Shown in pieces: positions 7,809-16,781 of a stretch of DNA of 64,000 nt. The notes beneath the pieces were generated by a model, which made no database searches, was not told the DNA's origin, and saw only the letters and a program-made list of their open reading frames with translations. Location: positions 5,129 through 69,128 of the forward strand of contig JARGNS010000001.1 in assembly GCA_029213105.1 (NCBI GenBank), given 5' to 3'. Origin of the DNA: Planctomycetota bacterium. GTDB lineage: Bacteria; Planctomycetota; PLA2; JAEUHO01. A program made the translations under genes and the position numbers. Every line of letters begins with the position of its first letter. The first letter of the stretch is position 1.

Positions 7809-9488
7809 TCAGACGGCGTCGGCGCCGTACGTCTCGGCGACGGGCGGTGGTCCGCCCTGCTCAGCCTGTGGCGGCATCTCCTGCTCTGGCTGAGCCACAG
7901 CGGCGCCTCCCAGCGCCTGCTGCTGCTCCGCCTCGGCCTGAGCCTGTGCAGCGGCCGCCGCGGCCTCGCGAGCCTTCTCCTCGGGGATGACGATGCTGTT
8001 CGGCAGACCAAGCGCCCGGATCAACTCCTCGAAGAGCTTGTACGCGTCGACGTTGGGCGCCTGCATGAGCAGCGGGACCATCGCCTGCAGGGTCTCGAGC
8101 AGGACCGCCGGGTTCTTCCGGATGGGGTTGTACGCCACCATCTCGAAGTCCATCTTCAGGTCCTTGATGTCCTGCACTCGGAGAGCCGCGAACGCGCCGC
8201 CTCCGGTCAGACGGACCATCTTCGGCCGCTTCATGTACCGCTGCATCAGGTAGAACATCTTGTGCGCCACCTCCTCGATGGCGGTGTTCAGGTGCCCCTC
8301 GCGCGTTGCCAGGCGGGTCCGAAGCTGCGCGTCGATGATGGCCATCTCGGTCGCGGTCTTCGCGCCGGCGACCTGACCGCGTGCGGCCTCCGCCAGCGCG
8401 CTCTGGAAGGCGGCGTCGCTCTCGAGCCGCTCGATGAACGTGATGATGGTCTGCGGCATCTCCGGCAGCGGCATGTTGTAGAAGTGCGCGGCGAAGTTGC
8501 GCATCTCGTCGGTCCCGTCTGCGTCCACTCCGACGAACGAACCGACCGCGGCGTCGAGCGCCTTGTCGAGCGTCTCGCTGTCGATCTTGCCCGCGTCGTA
8601 CAGGATCTTGGGGACCTGCATGTACGTGATGCGCTTCCACAGGGTCAGCAGGTGGTTGATGTTCGCCTGCTGGTCCAGGATGAGCTGGACCTCTGAGAGA
8701 CCGAGGCAGTCCACGCCGCTGTGGTTCAGCGAGAACATGCAGAACGGGATGTAGTCGATCTTCCCCTCGAAGAGAACGTGGTTCGTCTCGAGGTGGTAGT
8801 GGATGACCCTCCCGCTCTCACAGTCGTAGTACTCGTAGACGAGGATGCGCTTGTCGACCTCACCGAGCCGCTCGGAGTCGTCGCTCGTCTGCTCGTCCCG
8901 CATCCACGAGGGGTACTTGTCGGGCTTGATGTCGTCGTTGTGCTTGTAGCGGCCAGCCTTGACGCGCGCGTGGTACACAGACGGCCGCAGCGGGCACGCC
9001 TGAATCCAGTAGCTGATGTCGTCGTTGTCGCGCACGCTCAGGTCAAAGAAGACCGTCGCGGGGTTCGGGATGCTGATGACTGGAGAGTCGTTCTTCGCGT
9101 CCCACGTGACCTTGAACACGCCGCGCTTGCACAGCGTCGCGTCGAGCAACGCCAACGAGGAGCGGCGGCGCATGCTGACCTTGCGGAACGCCCACGTCAT
9201 CAGGGCGCTCACCTCACCCGCGAGAGCCTGACTCTCCTCGGTCTGCGGCATCGCCGCGACCTGCGGATTCGGGCCCAGCAGGTTGCTGATGCCGGTGTCT
9301 GCGATGGCGTAGACGAGGTTCTTCTGCGCGTGCGTGCGCGACAGTCGAAGGTCAACGGCTTGGCCCTTCGACTCGGACGCGTCCCAGAAGTCACCACGGT
9401 AGTACGCCCGAGCACGGTCGAAGTCGCCCTTCTCACGGGTCTGGTAGTGACGTAGGTGGTGCTTGATCAGCGCGTCCAACTTGGCCAT
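7809..9488 (-). CDS. Portal (head-to-tail connector) protein, T7 gp8-like
   Basis: 559 aa. Central segment ILVYEYYDCESGRVIHYHLETNHVLFEGKIDYIPFCMFSL...LSEVQLILDQQANINHL resembles T7 gp8 (IDVYTHIYLDEDSGEYLRYEEVEG..YIPIRMVRLDG..). The Ala/Gln-rich C-terminus also matches gp8. Comparison made from memory. Confidence 0.6.
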   Translation of the reverse strand: MAKLDALIKHHLRHYQTREKGDFDRARAYYRGDFWDASESKGQAVDLRLSRTHAQKNLVYAIADTGISNLLGPNPQVAAMPQTEESQALAGEVSALMTWAFRKVSMRRRSSLALLDATLCKRGVFKVTWDAKNDSPVISIPNPATVFFDLSVRDNDDISYWIQACPLRPSVYHARVKAGRYKHNDDIKPDKYPSWMRDEQTSDDSERLGEVDKRILVYEYYDCESGRVIHYHLETNHVLFEGKIDYIPFCMFSLNHSGVDCLGLSEVQLILDQQANINHLLTLWKRITYMQVPKILYDAGKIDSETLDKALDAAVGSFVGVDADGTDEMRNFAAHFYNMPLPEMPQTIITFIERLESDAAFQSALAEAARGQVAGAKTATEMAIIDAQLRTRLATREGHLNTAIEEVAHKMFYLMQRYMKRPKMVRLTGGGAFAALRVQDIKDLKMDFEMVAYNPIRKNPAVLLETLQAMVPLLMQAPNVDAYKLFEELIRALGLPNSIVIPEEKAREAAAAAAQAQAEAEQQQALGGAAVAQPEQEMPPQAEQGGPPPVAETYGADAV

Positions 9489-9491
9489 GGA

Positions 9492-9836
9492 TCAGCCCTC
9501 GGTCCCGTCAGAGGGATCCATCATCGCCTGGTACACGGAGTCGGAGATGAACCCGCGACCCTTCAGGAGGTCACCAACGGAGCGCATCGCCTTCATCTGC
9601 TCGATGCTGAGGTCGGGGAGGTCGAGGGGACCAGTCGCCGGCGTCGTAGGCGCCTCTGGGGCAGCCTCCTCGGCGGGGGACGCGGTGAACGCGAGGTTGC
9701 CGGCCTCACCCTCTGGCTCGATCTTCTGCGGGCCCATGTCGCGCGGCGGGCGGGCGAACGAGAAGTTCTCGCGCATGGAGGCCATCTGGGTCCGCGCGTC
9801 GTCGTTCATCTGCTTCTTGAGGTCGTCGTAGGCCAT
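9492..9836 (-). CDS. Hypothetical protein (114 aa) between terminase and portal
   Basis: ORF beginning 4 nt after the portal start codon. Acidic/Pro-rich. Confidence 0.4.
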   Translation of the reverse strand: MAYDDLKKQMNDDARTQMASMRENFSFARPPRDMGPQKIEPEGEAGNLAFTASPAEEAAPEAPTTPATGPLDLPDLSIEQMKAMRSVGDLLKGRGFISDSVYQAMMDPSDGTEG

Positions 9837-9975
9837 CAGTCTTCCTTCGGGGTCGTGGAGAGCTTCTCATCGACCACCTGCTTCTCCGCCGCCTCTCGGG
9901 CAGCCTTCTCCTCGCGGAGCAGTTCGAGCTTCAGGTAGGCGTAGTCGCGCCGCGGGGTCCGGCTAACCATGTCGG

Positions 9976-11616
9976 TCATCGCATTCTCGGGATGGTGTTT
10001 GCAGACTCGAGGCGCTTGCGCCCCATGGTATCACGACCCTTGTCGAACAGCCCGTACGGGATGCCCTCCTCGGTCACTTCGAGGTCGTCCTTCTTCTCGG
10101 CTTCCTTCTTGCGACGACGCTCGAGACGCTTGAGAGCGGCCTGTAGAAGCGCCCCCGCCATCACGTAGGTTCGGGCTCGGTCGAAGTGGTGACCGACGTC
10201 GTCCTCGCCCTTCACGCGACGAGAGAAGTCGCCGTCGTAGCGGAGCAGCTGCTGCAGCCCCTGACGCGACCGGATGACGAGGCTCTCCTCGCGGAGCAAC
10301 TGCACCAGAGCGAACTCTGCCTTGGCGATGCTCTGGGAGGACGCCCACCAGCCGGGGCGCCGCTTCGAGTAGTAGAGCCGGGTGCTCAGACTACGCAGCG
10401 CGGTGATGCAACCTGCGTGGTTCGACTCGACGACCGCGCGTGCGTTGTTGTAGTACTCGCAGACCAGGCTAATGCGGACGGCGAACCGGTCGGGCGCCTC
10501 GACGCCGGACCAGACCGCGACCTCCTCGAGAGTGTCCATGTCGAACACGGTCAACGCCGCGGGGTCTCCGTTCTGACCGAAGCCAGTTGGGTCGGCGTAC
10601 AACTCGTAGGTGTGCCCGGGGATCGGCTTGACGAACTCGCCGCAGCCGTGGCTGCCCTCGATGGGGTCGGGCATCGCACCGTCGAGCAGGCGCCGGATGA
10701 CCTCTTCGGGCATCATCGGGCGCTGGCTGCCGAGCCAGCCGTCGTGCGGGTCGGACGGGTACTTCGACGAGAACAGTCGGGTGTCCCCGACGAACTCGGA
10801 CTTCAGCGCGTCACGCATGAACGCGACGTGCTCCATCGTCATCCCCGGATGGGCGCCCATGTACTCCAACTCCGCCTCGGAGGGCACGAAGTCGGAGGGC
10901 ACTGGTCGGAGGCACGTGTCGTCGTGCCACCACTCGAGGAACAGCGGGTAGAAGCGACCCTCGCGCGACAGCGCGTTGTGCCACATGCGCTCGTGGTACG
11001 AGCCGGCCTTGCCAGGCGTGGACTCGATGATGAGCTTCGCGTTCTTGCGCTTGCGGATGCCGGGGAACAGGTTGGTGATGGCGTTCTGCTGGTGCAGGGC
11101 CTCGCCAAGCTCCGTGATGTGCAGTCGGTCGATGGAGAACCCGACGGCGGGAGAGCGGCCCTCGAGGGTCTTGATGGTCACGCGGCCGCCGTGCCAGAAC
11201 TCCAACTCACGCTTCGAGCCCTTGCTGCCCTTGGCCAGCGGCGCGCGGATTGCCTCTGGCAGGTTCTCGTAGGCGAAGCGCAGGCGCCGGAACGCCATCT
11301 CCGCGGTCGAGATGGTGTCGGCGATGAGCAGGCCTTCGATGCCCTGCCGGTACATGCAGTCCCGCAGGAGCAAGTGCATGAGCGTGATCGTGGTGATCTT
11401 CGCCTGCCGGTACTTCGTGACGAAGACCCACTTGTTGTCTTCGATCGCGCGGATGACCTGGATCTGAGCGCGCGTAGGCTCGAGGAACCCGGTGGTCTCG
11501 TTCTCCCGAACGATCTTGCACATGGAGACGAACGCCTCGGGCACCGAGAGCATCTTCTCGATCATCGCGCGGTCCATGCCAGCGCAGGTCACGATGTCGG
11601 CGCCAGTGTTTGACAT
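9976..11616 (-). CDS. terL: Terminase large subunit
   Basis: About 546 aa. ATPase region (LLIADTISTAEMAF .. KLIIESTP) and nuclease-like C-terminal region. Start moved to the ATG preceded by GGAG (MSNTGADIV); the ORF track begins at an upstream GTG. Confidence 0.8.
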   Translation of the reverse strand: MSNTGADIVTCAGMDRAMIEKMLSVPEAFVSMCKIVRENETTGFLEPTRAQIQVIRAIEDNKWVFVTKYRQAKITTITLMHLLLRDCMYRQGIEGLLIADTISTAEMAFRRLRFAYENLPEAIRAPLAKGSKGSKRELEFWHGGRVTIKTLEGRSPAVGFSIDRLHITELGEALHQQNAITNLFPGIRKRKNAKLIIESTPGKAGSYHERMWHNALSREGRFYPLFLEWWHDDTCLRPVPSDFVPSEAELEYMGAHPGMTMEHVAFMRDALKSEFVGDTRLFSSKYPSDPHDGWLGSQRPMMPEEVIRRLLDGAMPDPIEGSHGCGEFVKPIPGHTYELYADPTGFGQNGDPAALTVFDMDTLEEVAVWSGVEAPDRFAVRISLVCEYYNNARAVVESNHAGCITALRSLSTRLYYSKRRPGWWASSQSIAKAEFALVQLLREESLVIRSRQGLQQLLRYDGDFSRRVKGEDDVGHHFDRARTYVMAGALLQAALKRLERRRKKEAEKKDDLEVTEEGIPYGLFDKGRDTMGRKRLESANTIPRMR

Positions 11617-11641
11617 CCGTTTCACTCCATGTCACGAAATG

Positions 11642-11866
11642 TCAGGAACGCTTGTCCATCGCAGACTCCGCTCGCCACGTCTCTGCGCGCCGCTCGAAGA
11701 CCTCGAGCGCCCAGTAGGTGAGCTTCCGCAGCACCTCCGACTGGTCGATGTCGCAGGGGCGTACCGGGTGGTCGCTCTCGCTCGCCAAGTAGTCCTTGAG
11801 ACCACTGACCCGGTCGCGGGTCCCGTCGTGGAACCGGGTGCCGATGTACTCGCCGAGCTTCGCCAT
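11642..11866 (-). CDS. Small protein immediately upstream of terL (candidate terminase small subunit, gp18-like position)
   Basis: 74 aa from internal ATG (MAKLGEYIGTRFHDG...) preceded by GGAGG. Call is by position only, with no motif support. Confidence 0.3.
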   Translation of the reverse strand: MAKLGEYIGTRFHDGTRDRVSGLKDYLASESDHPVRPCDIDQSEVLRKLTYWALEVFERRAETWRAESAMDKRS

Positions 11867-11924
11867 GTTGCCTCCGCAAACGACTGTAACCCGAACGTAC
11901 AACACCGTCTACGTCTCTGCGAGT

Positions 11925-11952
11925 TTCGTGCTAACTTAGCGATAAGCACGAA
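11925..11952. promoter_or_regulatory. Inverted repeat TTCGTGCT-N12-AGCACGAA in the divergent intergenic region. Contains a TGCTAACTT extended -10-like element.
   Basis: Read directly: tttcgtgctaacttagcgataagcacgaa, about 25 nt upstream of the 11975 start. Confidence 0.35.
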
Positions 11953-11974
11953 CCCCTCTCTTCAGGAGAACGAC

Positions 11975-12643
11975 ATGAGCAAGAAGCTGATCCGCCAGGG
12001 CGAGGTCTACCCCGCATCCGGTATCCCGTGGGCGCAGGGCGTCTACGCTGTCGCAGGCGAGGCGCTGAGTCAGTACGACATCGTGGTCCTGAACGCCGGC
12101 GTCGCCGGTCGGGACATCGCGACGTGCAACAAGGCGGACGCTGACGGCGTCGGCCTGCAGGCCGGGCAGATGTACATCGCCGCAGGGGCTGCCGCCGCCG
12201 GTGAGCGCGTCACCCTCGTCCCATGGGTCACCATCACGGGCGTCGACACCAGCGCGGTCGCTGCCGCGGGCCTGCCGGTGTACCTGTCGACCACGCCGGG
12301 CGGCTGGACCGCCACGAAGCCATCCGGCGCCGACGACGTGGTCATCCCGGTCGGCACAGCCCTCGTCGACGACGCTGCCGGCGTGGTCCGCCTGCAGCCC
12401 ACCAACGGTCTCGACGGGCTTTCGAAGCGCGGTACCGCAGCAGTCGTGACCGCCGGCGTCACCGTCTCCCTCGGCAACAACTTCGCCAGCGGTCTCGCGG
12501 TCGTGTCGTGGGCCGAGGACCCGGGCAGCGACCAGTCCCTGTTCGTCGCCATCGACAGCAGCGGCGACATGGTCATCACGCCCACCGCGGCAGTCACGGG
12601 CTCCAAGACCTGCAACTACGTGGCCTACGCCGCTGCCATCTGA
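11975..12643 (+). CDS. Head decoration-like protein (gpD/DUF2190-like candidate)
   Basis: 222 aa from internal ATG with AGGAGAA RBS. Gly/Ala/Val-rich beta-type sequence (QGEVYPASG..DIVVLNAGVAGRD..GQMYIAAGAAAAGERV). Located just before the capsid gene, as in lambda-like D/E pairs. Confidence 0.4.
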   Translation: MSKKLIRQGEVYPASGIPWAQGVYAVAGEALSQYDIVVLNAGVAGRDIATCNKADADGVGLQAGQMYIAAGAAAAGERVTLVPWVTITGVDTSAVAAAGLPVYLSTTPGGWTATKPSGADDVVIPVGTALVDDAAGVVRLQPTNGLDGLSKRGTAAVVTAGVTVSLGNNFASGLAVVSWAEDPGSDQSLFVAIDSSGDMVITPTAAVTGSKTCNYVAYAAAI

Positions 12644-12701
12644 AAGCGGTTGATGTGGCGCGCGGGGCCAGCTCCACCCTGCTCGAGCCACTACAACCGC
12701 C

Positions 12702-12748
12702 GCCCCCTCCTCGGTCCGTCACTCCCGGGGAGGGGGCCCTTTCGTTTG
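12702..12748 (+). terminator. Putative intrinsic terminator after the decoration-like gene
   Basis: GCCCCCTCC ... GGAGGGGGC 9-bp stem with 18-nt loop, followed by CCTTTCGTTTG. Confidence 0.4.
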
Positions 12749-12788
12749 CAGAGACGCACTTTTCTGTGTTGCAGGCGTAACACTTCTG

Positions 12789-12818
12789 TTGACGAGTCTG
12801 CAGGTCGTCTGATATACA
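12789..12818 (+). promoter_or_regulatory. Sigma-70-like promoter upstream of the capsid gene: TTGACG, 18-nt spacer, then extended -10 TGATATACA
   Basis: ttgacgagtctgcaggtcgtctgatataca read directly, about 120 nt upstream of the ATG at 12940. Confidence 0.4.
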
Positions 12819-12939
12819 GTCTGCACGCACCCAGTGTTGGAGAGCGGGCAGCCGAAAGGTCCGACGAAGCGTCTTCTGGGCAGGCGTAGACACGAAAACT
12901 ACTCGTCTCACATCTGTCTACCACGAACGGAGACACACC

Positions 12940-14007
12940 ATGGCCATCTCGACCGAGGTCCTGAACACGACCTACCGGCGCCTCAAGGGCCCGCTCCTCA
13001 ACACCTTCATGCGGCGCACCCCGCTCCTCGACGCGATGATCTCTGGCGGCCGCGTCCGCGAGAAGATCGACGGTGGCTCGACCATCGAGCGCGCCATCAT
13101 GACCGGCTCCCCCGCAACCGGTCGCGGTATCTACAACGGTACCGAGCTTCTGAACCTGACGCGCAACAAGCGGACCGAGCAGCTGAAGGTCGAGCCTCAC
13201 CGGCTCGCCGCAGCCATCGCCATCCCGAAGCGCGAGCTGGCGCAGAACGACGGCTCCATGGCGGTCATGCGCCTCATCGAGAAGTACCCCGAGGCTTTCA
13301 TGAAGTCGACGGACCGCTGCCTCGAGTCCTGGTTCCTCAGCGGCGCCGCGCCTGCCACCGGCAACCACGCCTTCAGCGCCACCGCGCTCAGCGGCTTCAA
13401 CACCCTGAACGGTGACTTCTCCACGGGCACCCTGACCGGTGCCAGCGACGGTCTGCTCGACTTCGCTGCGGAGTCCGCGCAGGGCGACACCGTCATGAAC
13501 CTCGGCAAGTCGCAGGCTCGCTTCTGGTACAACCAGTACGAGCAGGCCTCCAGCTGGAACTCCGACGGTCTCGAGAAGCTCGGCAAGCTCATCCGGCGCT
13601 GTGGCCACTTCTCGCAGGACGGCAAGCCCTCCCTCGGCTTCGCCGACCCGGACACCATGGTCAACCTCGAGGACGCCAAGCGCGGTCACGTGCGCGTCGA
13701 CCTCGTGGACAAGGCGCAGGAGAAGTCCGACCTGCACACCATCGACCACAACGGCGTGACCTTCCACGAGTCGCTCGACCTCGAGCGCTCCCTCTCGGTC
13801 TTCGCGAGCAAGGAGCTGGCCAGCGGCGGCGGGTACGTCATCAACCCCGAGTACTTCGAGTTCGTCGTGCTCGCCGAGGCCGCGCTCACCGACTTCGAGG
13901 CCAAGATCGCCTCGCAGGACGTGGTCGTCTCGAACTTCGAGTTCCACGCCGCCTTCCTCTGCACGCACCTCGCGGCGCAGGGTGCCTTCTCTCGTACCGC
14001 TCTCTGA
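12940..14007 (+). CDS. Putative major capsid protein
   Basis: 355 aa with a strong RBS (GGAGACACACC-ATG). Placed after a terminator and promoter pair and after the decoration-like gene. Size and composition fit HK97-fold or lambda E-like coats. No diagnostic motif was recognised. Confidence 0.5.
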   Translation: MAISTEVLNTTYRRLKGPLLNTFMRRTPLLDAMISGGRVREKIDGGSTIERAIMTGSPATGRGIYNGTELLNLTRNKRTEQLKVEPHRLAAAIAIPKRELAQNDGSMAVMRLIEKYPEAFMKSTDRCLESWFLSGAAPATGNHAFSATALSGFNTLNGDFSTGTLTGASDGLLDFAAESAQGDTVMNLGKSQARFWYNQYEQASSWNSDGLEKLGKLIRRCGHFSQDGKPSLGFADPDTMVNLEDAKRGHVRVDLVDKAQEKSDLHTIDHNGVTFHESLDLERSLSVFASKELASGGGYVINPEYFEFVVLAEAALTDFEAKIASQDVVVSNFEFHAAFLCTHLAAQGAFSRTAL

Positions 14008-14019
14008 TTCGGAGGAACC

Positions 14020-14514
14020 ATGCCCACCGTTCGCGCATTCCCTGACGCCGTCACCACGGTCGACACCGCCGCTCAGTACGAGCTTGGCACCATCTGGGAG
14101 ATGGACGCCGCCGAGGCCGAGGAGCTTGACAGCACCGTGGCCGGCCCCCAGCGCTGGGTCTACGTCTTCAATGACGAGGCCTCCACCGCTTGGGCCGCCG
14201 GCAACGTCGTCGCTCTCGATGCTTCCACCGTCAACTACGACGGCATCCTCGCCCCCGTCGACGCACCCGCGGTCCGCCTGCTCGGCGTCGCGCAGCACGC
14301 CATCGCTGCCGGCTCCTACGGCTGGATCCTGGAGCGCGGCTTCGGGGAGGTCCTCGCCGGCACCGGCGGGATCACGGCCAACACCCCGCTCACGGTCAAC
14401 GACACGGACGCCGGCACGGCGCTCGATGGCTCCGCCACCGAGTCCTGCTTCGCCTTCGCGACCGAGGCTGCGACCGCGACCAACACCGCGACCTGCCTGA
14501 TCTCCATCTCCTGA
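14020..14514 (+). CDS. Small virion protein, second DUF2190/decoration-like candidate
   Basis: 164 aa with RBS GGAGGAACC-ATG. Gly/Ala/Thr-rich (GVAQHAIAAGSYGWILERGFGEVLAG). Confidence 0.4.
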   Translation: MPTVRAFPDAVTTVDTAAQYELGTIWEMDAAEAEELDSTVAGPQRWVYVFNDEASTAWAAGNVVALDASTVNYDGILAPVDAPAVRLLGVAQHAIAAGSYGWILERGFGEVLAGTGGITANTPLTVNDTDAGTALDGSATESCFAFATEAATATNTATCLISIS

Positions 14515-14530
14515 CCCCTCGGGTCGCAAC

Positions 14531-14567
14531 CACGCCCCCGTCCGGCCCCGCGCCGAGCGGGGGCGTG
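14531..14567 (+). other. Perfect 10-bp inverted repeat CACGCCCCCG-N17-CGGGGGCGTG (RNA hairpin) whose 3' arm overlaps the recurrent promoter-like motif
   Basis: Read directly. No U-tract follows the stem. Confidence 0.3.
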
Positions 14568-14575
14568 CTACATTG
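14562..14575 (+). promoter_or_regulatory. Recurrent motif GGCGTGCTACATTG (extended -10-like TGCTACATT), copy 1
   Basis: 19 nt upstream of the ATG at 14594. Identical 14-mer also at 16253. Confidence 0.35.
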
Positions 14576-14593
14576 TGAGCAAGTGGAGAGACG

Positions 14594-16252
14594 ATGGATA
14601 CGACGCTCAAGGCCGCGCGCGAGTACCTGCTGAACGACCGGGCGTGGCAGTCCTCCGGCAAGTCGATGGACAAGCGCGTGAACACGTGCCTTGTTCGCGC
14701 GCTTCGAGAGATCGCCGGAGAGGTCCCAGAGGCGCTACTCCCAGCGTCTCGGCACGAGCACATCCGCACCGCCATCTCGGGCACCGCGGAAGCCGTCGGC
14801 GCGTACCTCCTCAAGACGACCGACAACAAGGTCCTCGAGATCGTGACGTCGGCTGGCGACCCATGGTCCGACAGCGCCACGTCGTGGGTCCCCAAGACTG
14901 ACCGGACGTGGGACGGGGTCATGCACCTCGAGATCGTCGACCCGGATGGTCGAATCCGCCGGCGGCAGACGCGCGAGTGGTGGTCTGAGGTCGATGGCTC
15001 AGACACGCGCTACTACGTCAGCATCTCGACGCCGTGGTACGACACCGGGTCGAACGTGATGACCGTCCGAATCCACCAGCCGGCGTTCTTCGTCCCAGCA
15101 GAGACGACGAAGATCCTCTCGCCCGTCCGCATCTTCGACGAGGCGGACCAGCTCCTCGGTCAGATCAGCAGCGGTTCCGCCCGGCGCGACGCCCTGCCCG
15201 ACTACCGCAACCGCGTCGAGGGTCTGCCGACCAACTTCTGGCGCGGCAACTTCGTGCAGATCCCGGCACCGACCGAAGCGCCGCGAGTGGTCTCGATCCT
15301 CGAGAACTCTGACGTCAACGCCACTTCGTACCTCGGGTGGAACGGCCCGGTGCAGGAGGGTAAGTTCCGCGTCTGCTACACCTACGCGTGGGGCCGCCGT
15401 GAGCAGGAGTGGGGTCAGAGCCCCGCCGAGTTCGCCGACCCGATGTGGGAGAGCGCTCCCAGCCCCATCAGCGAGATCTACGACCACGCGAAGCAGGTCG
15501 ACGTGAACTCGAAGGGCGAGGCCGTCGGACGCGCGGCAGTCATCGAGTGCTCGAACCTCGAAGAGATGCTCGACTTCATGGGCGACTCTGCCGGCATCCA
15601 GGTGGACGCGGTGAGCTACCCGCCGTCTTCGGCGCCGCTGCGCTACGGTCGCAGCGGTGTCAAGATCCGCATCTACGTCGCGCGTGACGACCTCTACGCG
15701 AGTCGTGGACCTGCCTCCACCGTCGGCGACCAAGTGCAGGCGACGCACCGCATGAACCGCGCCGAGTCTGACGGGAAGTTCTACCTGCTCGCCGAGATCG
15801 ACCCTCTCGACCGCAACAGCATCCTCGCCGCGATGACCACCCCGTCGTACCGGGTCAGCGCCTTCGTGTGGCAGGGTGCGCTGCCGTCCCCGGACCCAGA
15901 GCGGCAGCTTCGTAAGAACACGGGCTACTACGCGTACCACGTCTGGCCGACGCCAGACAGTGACTACGACCTCGACCTGCAGGTGCTCGAGCAGCCCAAG
16001 GAGCTGGTCAACGACAACGACCAGTTGCCCATCAAGCAGGACGCGTTCGCTGCGTACCTCGAACTCGCCCTCGCGTACCTCAGTCGTCTCGACGGGGTCG
16101 ACGAGCGGTCTGAGCGCAAGCATCGCGCAGAGTACGCGAAGCTCGTCCGTCGGTTCAAGTCGCTGCACGGTGACAACAACGGTGTCGTAGAGAACCGCAT
16201 GTGGGGCGTCGGCAACTCGCGACGCATCTACGGCACTTTCAACGAGGGCTGA
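14594..16252 (+). CDS. Large virion/tail protein (552 aa)
   Basis: Clean ORF with RBS in the late module. No recognisable motif. Confidence 0.45.
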   Translation: MDTTLKAAREYLLNDRAWQSSGKSMDKRVNTCLVRALREIAGEVPEALLPASRHEHIRTAISGTAEAVGAYLLKTTDNKVLEIVTSAGDPWSDSATSWVPKTDRTWDGVMHLEIVDPDGRIRRRQTREWWSEVDGSDTRYYVSISTPWYDTGSNVMTVRIHQPAFFVPAETTKILSPVRIFDEADQLLGQISSGSARRDALPDYRNRVEGLPTNFWRGNFVQIPAPTEAPRVVSILENSDVNATSYLGWNGPVQEGKFRVCYTYAWGRREQEWGQSPAEFADPMWESAPSPISEIYDHAKQVDVNSKGEAVGRAAVIECSNLEEMLDFMGDSAGIQVDAVSYPPSSAPLRYGRSGVKIRIYVARDDLYASRGPASTVGDQVQATHRMNRAESDGKFYLLAEIDPLDRNSILAAMTTPSYRVSAFVWQGALPSPDPERQLRKNTGYYAYHVWPTPDSDYDLDLQVLEQPKELVNDNDQLPIKQDAFAAYLELALAYLSRLDGVDERSERKHRAEYAKLVRRFKSLHGDNNGVVENRMWGVGNSRRIYGTFNEG

Positions 16253-16266
16253 GGCGTGCTACATTG
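16253..16266 (+). promoter_or_regulatory. Recurrent motif GGCGTGCTACATTG, copy 2
   Basis: Starts directly after the stop of the preceding gene, 26 nt upstream of the ATG at 16293. Confidence 0.35.
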
Positions 16267-16292
16267 CCGCCAGCCCATGCTCAGGAGCAACC

Positions 16293-16781
16293 ATGGCAAC
16301 TCCCCCGAAGTGTGAATGTCCGGACCGCGGCGCGTGGTTCGTGCGCAACGATCCCCACCGCGGCCGCTACGAGGCCCAAGTCGTCTGGCGGAACATCCGT
16401 CACGATGGCTCGTGGTCGGTGATGCTGATCACCGACGAAGTGCTGACGCATCGCGTCGACTCGGATCGATTCCACCAGTCCATCCAGCATGACGACTGGC
16501 GCCCGGTCGACTGGGTCTGGAGCGACGAGGCGTGCATGTTCGCGCCGCGCGACCTCGAGTACGACGACGAGAAGCGAGAGTGGAACAAGGTCGACGTGCC
16601 CGAGCCGGGCCCGGAGGACCTGTTCCCCTCGATCGGCAAGCTGCCAGAGGCGAACCCCGGCGAGCACCCCGCTTCGTGGAAGCGGCGGGTCAAGGTGATG
16701 TACCCGTCCCTCAACTCCACGGAGGGCGCCGCGTACCTGAAGGACGCGTGGCCTGAGGTCAAGAAGCGCAAGGCGGGCTGA
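16293..16781 (+). CDS. Hypothetical protein (162 aa) in the virion module
   Basis: RBS CAGGAGCAACC-ATG. Stop overlaps the next start (ATGA). Confidence 0.4.
   Translation: MATPPKCECPDRGAWFVRNDPHRGRYEAQVVWRNIRHDGSWSVMLITDEVLTHRVDSDRFHQSIQHDDWRPVDWVWSDEACMFAPRDLEYDDEKREWNKVDVPEPGPEDLFPSIGKLPEANPGEHPASWKRRVKVMYPSLNSTEGAAYLKDAWPEVKKRKAG

Noticed and set aside
547-11613. Plus-strand ORFs across the minus-strand packaging/lysis block (547..1524, 3947..5032, 5204..6172, 5326..6192, 5946..6629, 6304..7392, 7861..8640, 8721..9455, 10186..11613)
   Set aside because: Antisense to better-supported genes. Compositionally biased (Arg/Leu/Gly/Ser).
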